NCBI GenBank assembly: GCA_003221615.1
Contig: QHSQ01000140.1
Location: 15,000 to 78,999, forward strand
DNA length: 64,000 bases
Direction of reading: 5' to 3'
Source of the DNA: Candidatus Rokuibacteriota bacterium
Lineage (GTDB): Bacteria > Methylomirabilota > Methylomirabilia > Rokubacteriales > CSP1-6
Shown here: piece by piece, positions 1 through 9,005 of the stretch
How the letters are laid out: each line of letters begins with the position of its first letter
Position numbering within the stretch: position 1 is the stretch's first letter
Program-made: the position numbers and the translations under genes
The notes under the pieces: generated by a model
Databases searched by the model: none
Told to the model about the DNA's origin: nothing
What the model saw: the letters and a program-made list of their open reading frames with translations, nothing else

Positions 1-1
1 C

Positions 2-73
2 TTCATGGCCCAGGAGGCGCTCGATCCGGCTCAGGCGCTGGCGACGTGCGCGCTCCTGAAAGAGGTCAAGTGA
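2..73 (+). CDS. 3' end of a gene entering from the left edge (partial)
   Basis: Open frame FMAQEALDPAQALATCALLKEVK ending TGA 71-73, 16 nt before the next gene. Confidence 0.5.
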   Translation, partial: FMAQEALDPAQALATCALLKEVK

Positions 74-89
74 GCCCGGCGGACAACAC

Positions 90-1016
90 GTGAGCCTGAG
101 CCCCGAGGAGTTTCGCGAGCACTTGAAACTGTCGTCCGCCACGGCCGGGTTGAAGCTTCCCGACCTGGAGCTGCCCGTCGCGCATCACGTGATCCTGCGC
201 GGGATGCGCTTCCACTATCTCGACTGGGGTACGGCGGGCCTGCCGGCCGCGCTGTTCCTGCACGGCGGGGGGCTCAACGTGCACACCTGGGACCTGGTGT
301 GTGCCGCCCTCAAGACCGAGCGGCACTGCCTGGCGCTCGATCAGCGGGGCCACGGCGACAGCGAGTGGTCGCCGGTCATGGACTACGCCACCGAGAGCCA
401 CGCCGGCGACCTCGAGGCGTTCGTCGATCATCTCGGTCTCGATCGCTTCGTCCTGGTCGGCATGTCGCTGGGCGGCGCGAACGCGCTCGCGTGGGCCGGC
501 GCCAACAGCCGGCGGCTGGCGGCGCTCGTGCTCGTGGACGTCGGCCCCGAGGTCCGCCAAGCCGGCGTGCGGAAGATCGCCGCCTTCACGTCGGAGGCGA
601 CGCCGCTCGACTCGGTCGAGGAGTTCGTGACGCGTGCCCTGGCGTTCAACCCGCGGCGCGACGCCACCCTGTTGCGACGGAGCCTGCTCCACAATCTACG
701 GCGCATGCCCGACGGCAAATGGATGTGGAAGTACGACCAGCGCCACCGCGGCCGCGCCCTCGATCCGGCCGCCGCGGCGCGTCGCCGCGAGCTCTTGTGG
801 TCGGCGGTCGCCAAGGTGTCCTGTCCGACCCTCGTGGTGCGCGGCGCCGAGAGCGACGTCTTCCACGACGAGGACGCCGAGCGCCTGGCCCGAGCGCTAC
901 CCGCCGGACGCTGGGTGAAGGTCACGGGCGCCGGCCACACCGTGCAGGGCGACAATCCGGCCGGGCTGCTCGTGGCGCTACGCGAGTTCCTGGGTGAGGC
1001 CGCCGCGAAGCGCTGA
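90..1016 (+). CDS. alpha/beta fold hydrolase
   Basis: LHGGG oxyanion region, DQRGHG, GMSLGG nucleophile elbow, AGH catalytic His. Confidence 0.92.
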   Translation: MSLSPEEFREHLKLSSATAGLKLPDLELPVAHHVILRGMRFHYLDWGTAGLPAALFLHGGGLNVHTWDLVCAALKTERHCLALDQRGHGDSEWSPVMDYATESHAGDLEAFVDHLGLDRFVLVGMSLGGANALAWAGANSRRLAALVLVDVGPEVRQAGVRKIAAFTSEATPLDSVEEFVTRALAFNPRRDATLLRRSLLHNLRRMPDGKWMWKYDQRHRGRALDPAAAARRRELLWSAVAKVSCPTLVVRGAESDVFHDEDAERLARALPAGRWVKVTGAGHTVQGDNPAGLLVALREFLGEAAAKR

Positions 1017-1058
1017 CGGAGTACAATCGGGGCACATTGCCAGAGGGAGGTTGCGCCA

Positions 1059-1943
1059 ATGCCCGTCGTCACCCGGCAGATCGGTCCGTGCTTCGCCGCC
1101 GAAGTCGAAGGCATCGACATGACCCGGCCCTTGTCCCCGGACGAGGTCAAGGCGATCCACGCCGGGATGGACCGATACGCCGTGCTAGTCTTCCACGGCC
1201 AGAGGATCGACGACGACCAGCAACTGGCCTTCACCAAGAGCCTCGGCGAGATCGAGCTGGCCGTCGGCACGAGCCTGCGCGCGCCGGACGAATACCGCCT
1301 GCCGACGACGTTCGCCGACGTGTCCAACCTCGACCAGCACCACAAGGTGTTCGCCCGTGACGATCGTCGCCGGCTGTTCGCCATCGGCAATCGACTCTGG
1401 CACTCCGACAGCTCGTTCAAGGTGGTCCCGGCGAAGTACTCGCTGCTGCACGCCCGCGCGATTCCGTCCAAAGGCGGCAACACCGAGTTCGCGTACATGC
1501 CCGCGGCCTACGACACCCTCGAGGCCGAGACCAAGGCCGAGGTCGAGGATCTGATCTGCGAGCACTCGCAGATCTTCTCCCGCCAGCAGCTGGGGTTCAC
1601 CGACTTCACCGACGAGGAGCGCGCGCGCTTCAAGCCGGTGCTCCAGCGTCTCGTGCGCGTTCACCCCGGCACCGGCCGCAAGTCGCTCTACCTGTCCTCG
1701 CACGCGGGGACGATCGTCGGCTGGCCCGTGCCCGAGGCGCGCTTCTTCCTGCGCGACCTGGTGGAGCACGCGACCCAGCCGGAGTTCGTGTACTCCCACA
1801 AGTGGCGGGTGGGTGACCTCGTGATGTGGGACAACCGCCAGACGATGCACCGTGCCCGGCCCTTCCCGGCACACGAGCCGCGCGATATGCGCCGCACCAC
1901 GCTCAAGGGCGACGGGCCGACGGTGGCCCAGGTCGCCGCCTGA
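1059..1943 (+). CDS. TauD/TfdA family 2-oxoglutarate/Fe(II) dioxygenase
   Basis: WHSDSSF (HxD) and WDNRQTMHRA motifs; GGAGG RBS. Confidence 0.93.
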   Translation: MPVVTRQIGPCFAAEVEGIDMTRPLSPDEVKAIHAGMDRYAVLVFHGQRIDDDQQLAFTKSLGEIELAVGTSLRAPDEYRLPTTFADVSNLDQHHKVFARDDRRRLFAIGNRLWHSDSSFKVVPAKYSLLHARAIPSKGGNTEFAYMPAAYDTLEAETKAEVEDLICEHSQIFSRQQLGFTDFTDEERARFKPVLQRLVRVHPGTGRKSLYLSSHAGTIVGWPVPEARFFLRDLVEHATQPEFVYSHKWRVGDLVMWDNRQTMHRARPFPAHEPRDMRRTTLKGDGPTVAQVAA

Positions 1944-1980
1944 GAAGACCCGAAGACTCCGACGAGGGGAGGTGATGCAG

Positions 1981-2040
1981 ATGGCGAAAGGCAAGAGCAT
2001 GCGGAAGGAGACGAAGAAGCCGAAGAAGAAGAAAAAGTAG
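1981..2040 (+). CDS. 19-aa lysine-rich small protein / possible leader peptide MAKGKSMRKETKKPKKKKK
   Basis: Strong SD GGAGGTGA at 1968-1975; AAG-rich codon use; stop 3 nt before the ABC-F ATG. Confidence 0.65.
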   Translation: MAKGKSMRKETKKPKKKKK

Positions 2041-2043
2041 CGG

Positions 2044-3840
2044 ATGGCCCGACCGCTCCTGCTCAGCTGTGAGGCGGTAAGCAAGGCCTACGGCACGCGG
2101 AGTCTCTTCGACGGTCTGACGTTCGGGCTGTTCGAAGGCGACCAGGCCGGCCTCGTCGGTCCGAACGGGTCCGGCAAGTCCACCCTCCTCAAGATCCTGG
2201 GGGGGATCGAGACGGCCGATCGCGGCTCTCGCTCGCTGCGCGGCGGTGTCCGCGTCGGCTACGTTCCTCAGGACCCGGTCTTCTCGACCGGTACGACGGT
2301 CGCCGACATCGTGCTGGGGAGGCTGGCCGGTGTCGACGAGGAGGATCGCCCCGGACGTCTCGCGCACGCGCTCAGTCGCGCCGGGTTCACCGACGGACGC
2401 GCGAACGTCGAGGCGCTCTCGGGCGGCTGGAAGAAGCGGCTCGCGATCGCGCGCGAGCTGGCGGCCGCCCCGGACATCCTCTTGATGGACGAGCCCACCA
2501 ACCACCTGGACGTCGAGGGGATCCTCTGGCTCGAGGATCTCCTGACCGAGCGGTCGCGCGCCTTCCTCGTGGTGAGCCACGATCGCTATTTCCTGGAGCA
2601 CGTCGCGACGCGCATGCTCGAGCTCAATCGCGTCTACCCCGACGGGCTGTTCGAGGCCGAGGGCCGGTACAGCGAGTTCCTGGCGCGCCGAGACGAGTTC
2701 TTGCGCGGCCAGGCGGCCTACCAGGACGCGCTCGCCAACACGGTCCGGCGCGAGATCGAGTGGCTGCGCCGCGGCGCCAAGGCGCGCTCGACGAAGGCGA
2801 AGGGGCGCATCAAGCAGGCCGGTCGGATGATCGAGGAGCTGGAGGACGCCCGCGGGCGCGGTCTGACGGCCACGGCGGGGATCGACTTCACCTCGTCGCA
2901 GCGCCGGACCCGCCGGCTCCTCGTCACGAGCGGGGTGACGAAATCCCTCGGCGGCCGGCGGCTCGTCAGCGATCTCGATCTCGTCATCACGCCTGGCACG
3001 CGCGTCGGGCTGATCGGTCCGAACGGGAGCGGCAAGACGACGCTCCTCGACGTGCTCGCGGGTATGGTGCCGCCCGACGCGGGCGAGATCGAGCGGGCCG
3101 ACGATCTCCGCATCGTCCGCTTCGAGCAGGAGCGCACCGGCCTCGATCCCGCGCAGAGCCTCCGGCGCGCGCTGGCGCCCGAGGGCGATGCCGTCATGTG
3201 GCAGGGCCGCAGCGTCCACGTCGCCGCGTGGGCCAAGCGCTTCCTGTTTCGGCCCGAGCAGCTCGAGGTGCCCGTCGGCCACCTCTCCGGAGGCGAGCAG
3301 GCTCGGATCCTGATCGCCCGGCTGATGCGCGAGCCCGCCGACCTCTTGATCCTCGACGAGCCCACCAACGATCTCGATATCCCCACGCTCGAGGTGCTCG
3401 AGGAGAGCCTCGCCGAGTTCGACGGCGCGCTCGTGCTGGTCACCCACGACCGCTTCATGCTCGAGCGCGTGTCCACGATCATCCTCGCCCTCGACGGCGC
3501 GGGCGGCACGGCGACGTTCGCCGACTACTCGCAGTGGGAGGCGACCCGCGCCACCGCCGCGGCCGAGCCGCGCAAGGCGCCGCCGGAGCGCGCCGCCGAC
3601 TCGCCGCGCCAGCGGCCCAAGCGCCTGGGCTATCGCGAGCAGCGCGAATGGGACGGAATGGAGCAGGCGATCCTCGACGGCGAGCGCGCGGTCGAGGCGT
3701 GTCAGCGCGACGTCGACGACCCGGCGATCGCATCGGATCCGACCGCGCTGCAGCAGCGGTACGCGGCGCTCGAGGCCGCGCGCGCCGACGTGGACCGGTT
3801 GTACGCGCGCTGGGCGGAGCTGGAGGCCAAGCAGGCCTGA
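2044..3840 (+). CDS. uup: ABC-F family ATPase, Uup-like
   Basis: Two ABC domains (GPNGSGKS/T, LSGG, DEPTN), no TM helices, linker KARSTKAKGRI, C-terminal coiled coil LGYREQREW...LYARWAELE. Confidence 0.88.
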   Translation: MARPLLLSCEAVSKAYGTRSLFDGLTFGLFEGDQAGLVGPNGSGKSTLLKILGGIETADRGSRSLRGGVRVGYVPQDPVFSTGTTVADIVLGRLAGVDEEDRPGRLAHALSRAGFTDGRANVEALSGGWKKRLAIARELAAAPDILLMDEPTNHLDVEGILWLEDLLTERSRAFLVVSHDRYFLEHVATRMLELNRVYPDGLFEAEGRYSEFLARRDEFLRGQAAYQDALANTVRREIEWLRRGAKARSTKAKGRIKQAGRMIEELEDARGRGLTATAGIDFTSSQRRTRRLLVTSGVTKSLGGRRLVSDLDLVITPGTRVGLIGPNGSGKTTLLDVLAGMVPPDAGEIERADDLRIVRFEQERTGLDPAQSLRRALAPEGDAVMWQGRSVHVAAWAKRFLFRPEQLEVPVGHLSGGEQARILIARLMREPADLLILDEPTNDLDIPTLEVLEESLAEFDGALVLVTHDRFMLERVSTIILALDGAGGTATFADYSQWEATRATAAAEPRKAPPERAADSPRQRPKRLGYREQREWDGMEQAILDGERAVEACQRDVDDPAIASDPTALQQRYAALEAARADVDRLYARWAELEAKQA

Positions 3841-3880
3841 CACGCCCGAATGGACTCGGAGCCGTGGTAGCGTAAAGAAA

Positions 3881-5359
3881 ATGCGGCCGACGCGGGCGAG
3901 CTCGTTGAGGTGGGTGTGCCTGGCCGTCGCGCTCACGCTCGGCGTGCCGCGCGCGGGATTCGCCGAGGAGCCCCTGACGGCCAAGGCCCCGGCCAAGACG
4001 CTGTCGTGGGAGACGGGCGAGGGCCACAGCTACTTCATTCCCGCCTTCGAGATCGCCGGGTTCATCGCCGGCCTGAACCTGTTCAACCGGTTCCTCGCCG
4101 ATACCGACGACTATGACTCGGATCTGCACTCGATCAAGCACAACCTGACGGCGGCCGAGGTGATCGACAAGGACCCGTTCAGCACAAATCAGATCGGACA
4201 TCCGTATCAGGGCAGCATGTACTACGGGTTCGCGCGGTCGTCCGGACTCAACTACTGGCAGTCAATGGGGTACACCGTCGCCGGCAGCCTCCTGTGGGAG
4301 ACCGTCGGAGAGAAAACGCCGCCTTCGCTGAACGACAACATCGCGAGCGGTATCGGCGGGTCGTTCGTCGGCGAGGCGCTGTTCCGCATGGCCAGCCTGC
4401 TGCTCGAGGGCGGCGGCGAGACGCCCGGCTTCTGGCGCGAGCTCGGAGCCGCGGCGATCTCGCCGCCGACCGGCTTCAACCGTCTCGTCTTCGGCGATCG
4501 GTTCGACGCCGTCTTTCCGAGCCGCAACCCGGAGATCTTCATCCGCCTGCGGCTCGGCGCGACGCTCACGACCGACATCGACACCGGCGGATTGACCCAC
4601 GAAGCCAAGAAGTATGAGGGCAGTCTCGACTACTCGATCATCTACGGGCTTCCGGGCAAGCCCGGCTACAAATACACGCGACCCTTCGACTACTTCCAGT
4701 TCGAGATCACCGCGGTGCCGAACGCCGATCCGATCTCGAACCTCATCGAGAACGCCGCCGTTCGCGGCCTGCTCCTGGGCACGGGCTACGAGCTCGGTAA
4801 CGACTATCGCGGGCTCTGGGGCCTGTTCGGGAGCTTCGACTACCTCTCGCCGCAGGTCTTTCGCGTCTCGACGACGGCCCTCTCGCTCGGCACGGTCGCC
4901 CAGTGGTGGCTCACGCAACGGATCGCGCTCCAGGGGACGGTCCTCGGCGGGGTCGGGTTCGGCGCGGCCGGCACGGTCGGCGACCGGGCGGAGCGCGACT
5001 ACCACTACGGGATCATTCCGGAGGCGCTCGTCGGCCTCCGCGCGATCTTCGGCGAGCGCCTCATGGTCGACGCGACAGGCCATCAGTACTACGTGGCCGG
5101 GAAAGGCGCTGGAGGGGGGATCAGCACCAGCGACATCGGCGGCGAGATAATCACCCGCGTGAACCTCGGGTTCACGGTCCGCGTCTATGGCCCTCACGGC
5201 ATCGGCGTCCAGTACCTCCTCTCGACGCGCGACACGAGTGTCCCCGGCGGGGGCGATCGTCATCAGAGGGTGGAGACGGTCAACCTCACGTACAACTTCC
5301 TCGGCCACACGCGATTCGGCGCCGTCGAATGGCGCCCTGCGGAGCTCGCCGCGCGCTGA
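3881..5359 (+). CDS. secreted/outer-membrane DUF3943-like protein
   Basis: Signal peptide; D-D-F-TNQIGHPYQGSMYYGFARSSG and WE...PSLND motifs typical of DUF3943; beta-rich C-terminus. Confidence 0.75.
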   Translation: MRPTRASSLRWVCLAVALTLGVPRAGFAEEPLTAKAPAKTLSWETGEGHSYFIPAFEIAGFIAGLNLFNRFLADTDDYDSDLHSIKHNLTAAEVIDKDPFSTNQIGHPYQGSMYYGFARSSGLNYWQSMGYTVAGSLLWETVGEKTPPSLNDNIASGIGGSFVGEALFRMASLLLEGGGETPGFWRELGAAAISPPTGFNRLVFGDRFDAVFPSRNPEIFIRLRLGATLTTDIDTGGLTHEAKKYEGSLDYSIIYGLPGKPGYKYTRPFDYFQFEITAVPNADPISNLIENAAVRGLLLGTGYELGNDYRGLWGLFGSFDYLSPQVFRVSTTALSLGTVAQWWLTQRIALQGTVLGGVGFGAAGTVGDRAERDYHYGIIPEALVGLRAIFGERLMVDATGHQYYVAGKGAGGGISTSDIGGEIITRVNLGFTVRVYGPHGIGVQYLLSTRDTSVPGGGDRHQRVETVNLTYNFLGHTRFGAVEWRPAELAAR

Positions 5360-5374
5360 GCGGGCGCGGGTGTC

Positions 5375-6976
5375 TTACTCCGCGACGTGCGCGGCGGCGC
5401 GCTCGGTCGCCGGCGCAGTGGCCGGAGTCGAGGGCTCCATCCGGATGCGGCGCATCAGCGGGAGGAATAAGGGCACGGCCGCGAACATCACCGCCAGCAG
5501 CCAGAAGTCGTCGGCGTAAGCCAGGAGCTGGGCTTGCGTCACCGTCTCGCGGTAGAGCATCAGGATCGCCTGGCGCTCGGCGGTGAACGCGTCGCTGCCG
5601 CGTGTGACGAAGTGGCTGGCCCATTTGGCCAGGCGCTCGCGCGTGCCCGGGTCCCACGCGGTGATGTGGCTCACCAGCGTCGTCTGATGGATCTGGCTCC
5701 GCTGGGCCAGCAAGGTGGTGACCACCGCGATGCCGACGCTGCCGCCGATGTTGCGCGCCATGCCGTACACCGCGGTGGCGTTGACCAGCTTGTCGCGCCG
5801 GATCGTGGCCAGGGTCAAGGTCGAGAGCGGCACGAAGACGAAGCCGAGTGCGAAGCCCTGGATGAAGCGCGGGATCGCCAGCGCCCAGTAGTCCATCCCG
5901 AGCGTCAGTGACGTCATCATGTAGAGGCTGACGGCGTTGAGCAGGCACCCGAATCCGAGCATCATCCGCTGGTCCACGCGCGTCACGATCCCCGAGGCGA
6001 AGAGCGAGAAGATGTTGCCGAGGCCGCCCGGCGCCAGCACGAGACCTGAGGTCCACGCGTCGTAGCCCAGGAGCTTCTGGGTGAAGACGGCGACCAGCAG
6101 CATGCCCGAGAAGGTTCCGAAACCGACGATCATGCTCAGGGTGGCGCCGGTCGCGAAGTTGCGGTCGGCGAACACCGTGAGATCGAGGATCGGATCGCGA
6201 GTCGTCAGCTCGCGGATCAGAAAACCGGCCAGCGCGCAGATGGCGACGACGCTCAGCACGACGATCGTGCCGGACGCGAACCAGTCCTCACGCTCGCCCC
6301 GGTCGAGGACGAGCTGCAGGCACCCGAAGCCGGCGACCATCAGGCCGAGCCCCCACCAGTCGATCCGCGCCGCCCGGCGCAGGTACGGCGGATCGAACAG
6401 GAACACGCTGGCCATGAAGAAGCCGACGATCCCGACCGGCAGGTTGATGTAGAAGATCCAGCGCCACGACCATTCATCGGCGAGATACCCCCCGACGGTC
6501 GGGCCCAGAATCGGGCCGAAGATGAACCCGAGCCCCCAGATGGCCATCGCCAGGCCGCGCTGGTGAAACGGGAAGATCTCCCAGAGGATCGCCTGCGAGA
6601 GCGGAATGATCGGCCCGCCGCCGAGCCCCTGGAAGATGCGCGCCGCGATCAAGGTGGTCAGGTCGGGGGCGGCGCCGGAGATGAACGAGCTGACCACGAA
6701 GAGCGTGGCGCAGATCAGGAAGAATCGCCGGCGCCCGAACACGCCGGCCAGCCAGCCGGTGGCCGGGATGATCACCGCGTTCGCGGCGAGATACGACGTG
6801 ATCACCCACGACACCTCATCGAGCCCCGCCGACATCGATCCCTGCAGGTGCGGAAGAATGACGTTGGTCACGCTGGTGTCGAGGATCTGCATGAAGGCCA
6901 CCACCATGACGGTGACGGTGATGGCCCACTTCCGGGCGGATGAGATCGCGGGCGCTTCCGGTGCCGGGGACGTCAT
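5375..6976 (-). CDS. DHA2 (EmrB/QacA) MFS efflux permease
   Basis: MQILDTSVTNV, WVITSYL, GPILGPTVGG, WRWIFYINLPVG motifs; multi-pass hydrophobic. Confidence 0.93.
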   Translation of the reverse strand: MTSPAPEAPAISSARKWAITVTVMVVAFMQILDTSVTNVILPHLQGSMSAGLDEVSWVITSYLAANAVIIPATGWLAGVFGRRRFFLICATLFVVSSFISGAAPDLTTLIAARIFQGLGGGPIIPLSQAILWEIFPFHQRGLAMAIWGLGFIFGPILGPTVGGYLADEWSWRWIFYINLPVGIVGFFMASVFLFDPPYLRRAARIDWWGLGLMVAGFGCLQLVLDRGEREDWFASGTIVVLSVVAICALAGFLIRELTTRDPILDLTVFADRNFATGATLSMIVGFGTFSGMLLVAVFTQKLLGYDAWTSGLVLAPGGLGNIFSLFASGIVTRVDQRMMLGFGCLLNAVSLYMMTSLTLGMDYWALAIPRFIQGFALGFVFVPLSTLTLATIRRDKLVNATAVYGMARNIGGSVGIAVVTTLLAQRSQIHQTTLVSHITAWDPGTRERLAKWASHFVTRGSDAFTAERQAILMLYRETVTQAQLLAYADDFWLLAVMFAAVPLFLPLMRRIRMEPSTPATAPATERAAAHVAE

Positions 6977-7016
6977 TGGCTCCAGCTGGTTCGCTCGGAC
7001 GTGCGCCGAGCGCGGA

Positions 7017-8063
7017 TCAGGCTAGTCGATACGCTCGTCTCGCGGTGGTGCTGAAGAGCGCCAGCTTCTCCTCGGCCGAGGCGCGCCCGGCGATGCGCTT
7101 GAACGCGTTCCAGAGCGCGGCGTACCCGATACCCATCTTCTCGACGGGGAAGTTGCTCTCGAACATGCACCGCGTCGGGCCGAAGCGCTCGATGCAGAGC
7201 TCGATGTACGGCCGCCAGTAGTCGGCCAGCTCGGCCGAGGACGGCGGCGCCGGGCGCGTGCCGTAGTCGTACGCGGCCAGGCGCATCATCATGCCGCCGA
7301 GCTTCATGACGACGTTGGGGCATCGCGCGAGCTCGGTGATGCCGGCCTTCCACGTCGCGAACACCTCGTCGCGCTTGCCGGTGTAAGGGCCGTAGCCGAG
7401 CGGACCGCCGCAATGGCCCACGATGATGTTCGCGCTCGGAAACGCGCGCGCCAGGTCGATCGCGTCGTCGAGCTGGGGATGGAACACCCATGCGTCGAGC
7501 GAGAGGCCGAGCGCCGTCAGGCGAGTCAGCCCGGCGCGGAAATCGGCCTGCTTCATGAGATGCGGGCCATTGGCGACGGCGCTGTTGCCGATCATCTCGC
7601 TCGCGTCCCAGGCCGCGGAATGCCGTACGCCGCGGAACCGCCCTCCGCCGGCGCGAATCAGCGCCTCGAGCACGGGCTCGACTCGATCGCCCAGGGTGAG
7701 ATCGGCGAACCCGACGATCCCGGCGGCGACCCGCGTCGGCCCGTACTGGCCGCTCTCGCTCATCGCCGCGACGCCCGCGACGAACGCGGTCTCGCCCACC
7801 GGACGCATCTCGGCCGGGCCGCCGGCGCGGTACATCGCGTGGCATTCGAGGAACACGGTGGCGACGACGTTGTGGCCGGAGGCGAGATCGGCCAGGAGCT
7901 CGTGCAGCAGGTAACGATGACCGCCGCGCTCCCACAGGTGATGGTGCGTATCGATGATCGGCAGCTCCGGCTCGAGGATCGGCTCGGGCGGCGCCTTGGC
8001 GAGCCACGCCTCGTCCGGCGGGCGGATCCTTCCATAGCGTGTCGGCGATCCCGCGCGGCCCAT
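7017..8063 (-). CDS. amidohydrolase family protein (amidohydro_2)
   Basis: IIDTHHHLW, GVRH, FESNFPV motifs. Confidence 0.9.
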   Translation of the reverse strand: MGRAGSPTRYGRIRPPDEAWLAKAPPEPILEPELPIIDTHHHLWERGGHRYLLHELLADLASGHNVVATVFLECHAMYRAGGPAEMRPVGETAFVAGVAAMSESGQYGPTRVAAGIVGFADLTLGDRVEPVLEALIRAGGGRFRGVRHSAAWDASEMIGNSAVANGPHLMKQADFRAGLTRLTALGLSLDAWVFHPQLDDAIDLARAFPSANIIVGHCGGPLGYGPYTGKRDEVFATWKAGITELARCPNVVMKLGGMMMRLAAYDYGTRPAPPSSAELADYWRPYIELCIERFGPTRCMFESNFPVEKMGIGYAALWNAFKRIAGRASAEEKLALFSTTARRAYRLA

Positions 8064-8064
8064 G

Positions 8065-8172
8065 TCAGTGCGAGTGATGGCTCGTCCCCTGACCGTGCGA
8101 GTGACCGTGGTGCGAGAAGCCGCTCGACGCAGGTGCGGACGTCGAGGGGGATGCCGGGCGGCTGAAGCTCAT
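8065..8172 (-). CDS. 35-aa His-rich small ORF MSFSRPASPSTSAPASSGFSHHGHSHGQGTSHHSH (possibly a gene remnant)
   Basis: Fills the intergenic gap exactly: 4 nt after the upstream stop, 1 nt before the downstream ATG; GGAG RBS; 7 His in the last 15 aa. Confidence 0.5.
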   Translation of the reverse strand: MSFSRPASPSTSAPASSGFSHHGHSHGQGTSHHSH

Positions 8173-8176
8173 CGCG

Positions 8177-8902
8177 TCAGCTCCGTTCGATCTCGGGCGC
8201 GATCCGTCCGGCGTCGGCCACGTGGGCTTGCCAGTAGTGATGCGTTTTCGCGACCACTGTGATGATGCTCTTCACCTCATCCGTCAGCCCGTAGTCGGGT
8301 CCGGCCGGAAGCAGGAGCCGGTCGTCCTCGAGGCGCGCGCCGACGTTCTCGAGGATAATGACCGCGCACATCCACGCGGCCATCGTCGGGGAGTCGCACG
8401 TGACCGAGAGCCAGCCCGGTCCGGCCGCCTCCGCGTAAAGTCCCGTCGTCTCCCAGATTCCCCGGCGCATCTCGGCGAGCATCTCGGCGTCGGAGTCCGC
8501 GCCGGAGCCGCCCGGTGCGCGCAGCGGGCTCTCGGGGCCGCGCTGCGGGGGCCCACCGTAGAGCGCGAGCTCGCAGAACGTCGTCCACATGCGACCCCAG
8601 TCCGGTCGACCGTCGGCGCGCCACAGAAACGGCGCCGAGGTCATGGGCGCGGCGGGATCAGGACGGGTGGTGGGCGCGTACTCGCGCCGCTGCGCCTCGC
8701 CGTCGCGACGCAGCGAATGCTCGAGCGCGTCGAGGCGTGAGACCGGAGCCGCGGCGACCGTGACGGGCATCCCGACCTGGTCGGCGAGCCGGGCCGCGAG
8801 ATCGGCGCATGCCAGGCGTGTCGCCGCGAGAAGATCGGCGTCGATCACGAGGACGAGACGGCCGGCCATGCCGTCGTCACGCGGGTCTCGAGCGTCGGTC
8901 AC
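8177..8902 (-). CDS. hypothetical protein resembling a conserved domain I recall from CbiX/SirB-associated proteins
   Basis: WGRMWTTFCELALYGGPPQRG and IITVVAKTHHYWQAH motifs; family link from memory only; TATGAT -10 eight nt upstream of GTG. Confidence 0.6.
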   Translation of the reverse strand: MTDARDPRDDGMAGRLVLVIDADLLAATRLACADLAARLADQVGMPVTVAAAPVSRLDALEHSLRRDGEAQRREYAPTTRPDPAAPMTSAPFLWRADGRPDWGRMWTTFCELALYGGPPQRGPESPLRAPGGSGADSDAEMLAEMRRGIWETTGLYAEAAGPGWLSVTCDSPTMAAWMCAVIILENVGARLEDDRLLLPAGPDYGLTDEVKSIITVVAKTHHYWQAHVADAGRIAPEIERS

Positions 8903-9005
8903 AGCGCGCGATCATAGCATCTCCGTCGTTCAGCGGCGCGCCGACGAGCCCGGGCGGGAGCCGGCGCGCCACGCTCGTGTACACTGGCCGAACGGAGGAT
9001 CCCAC

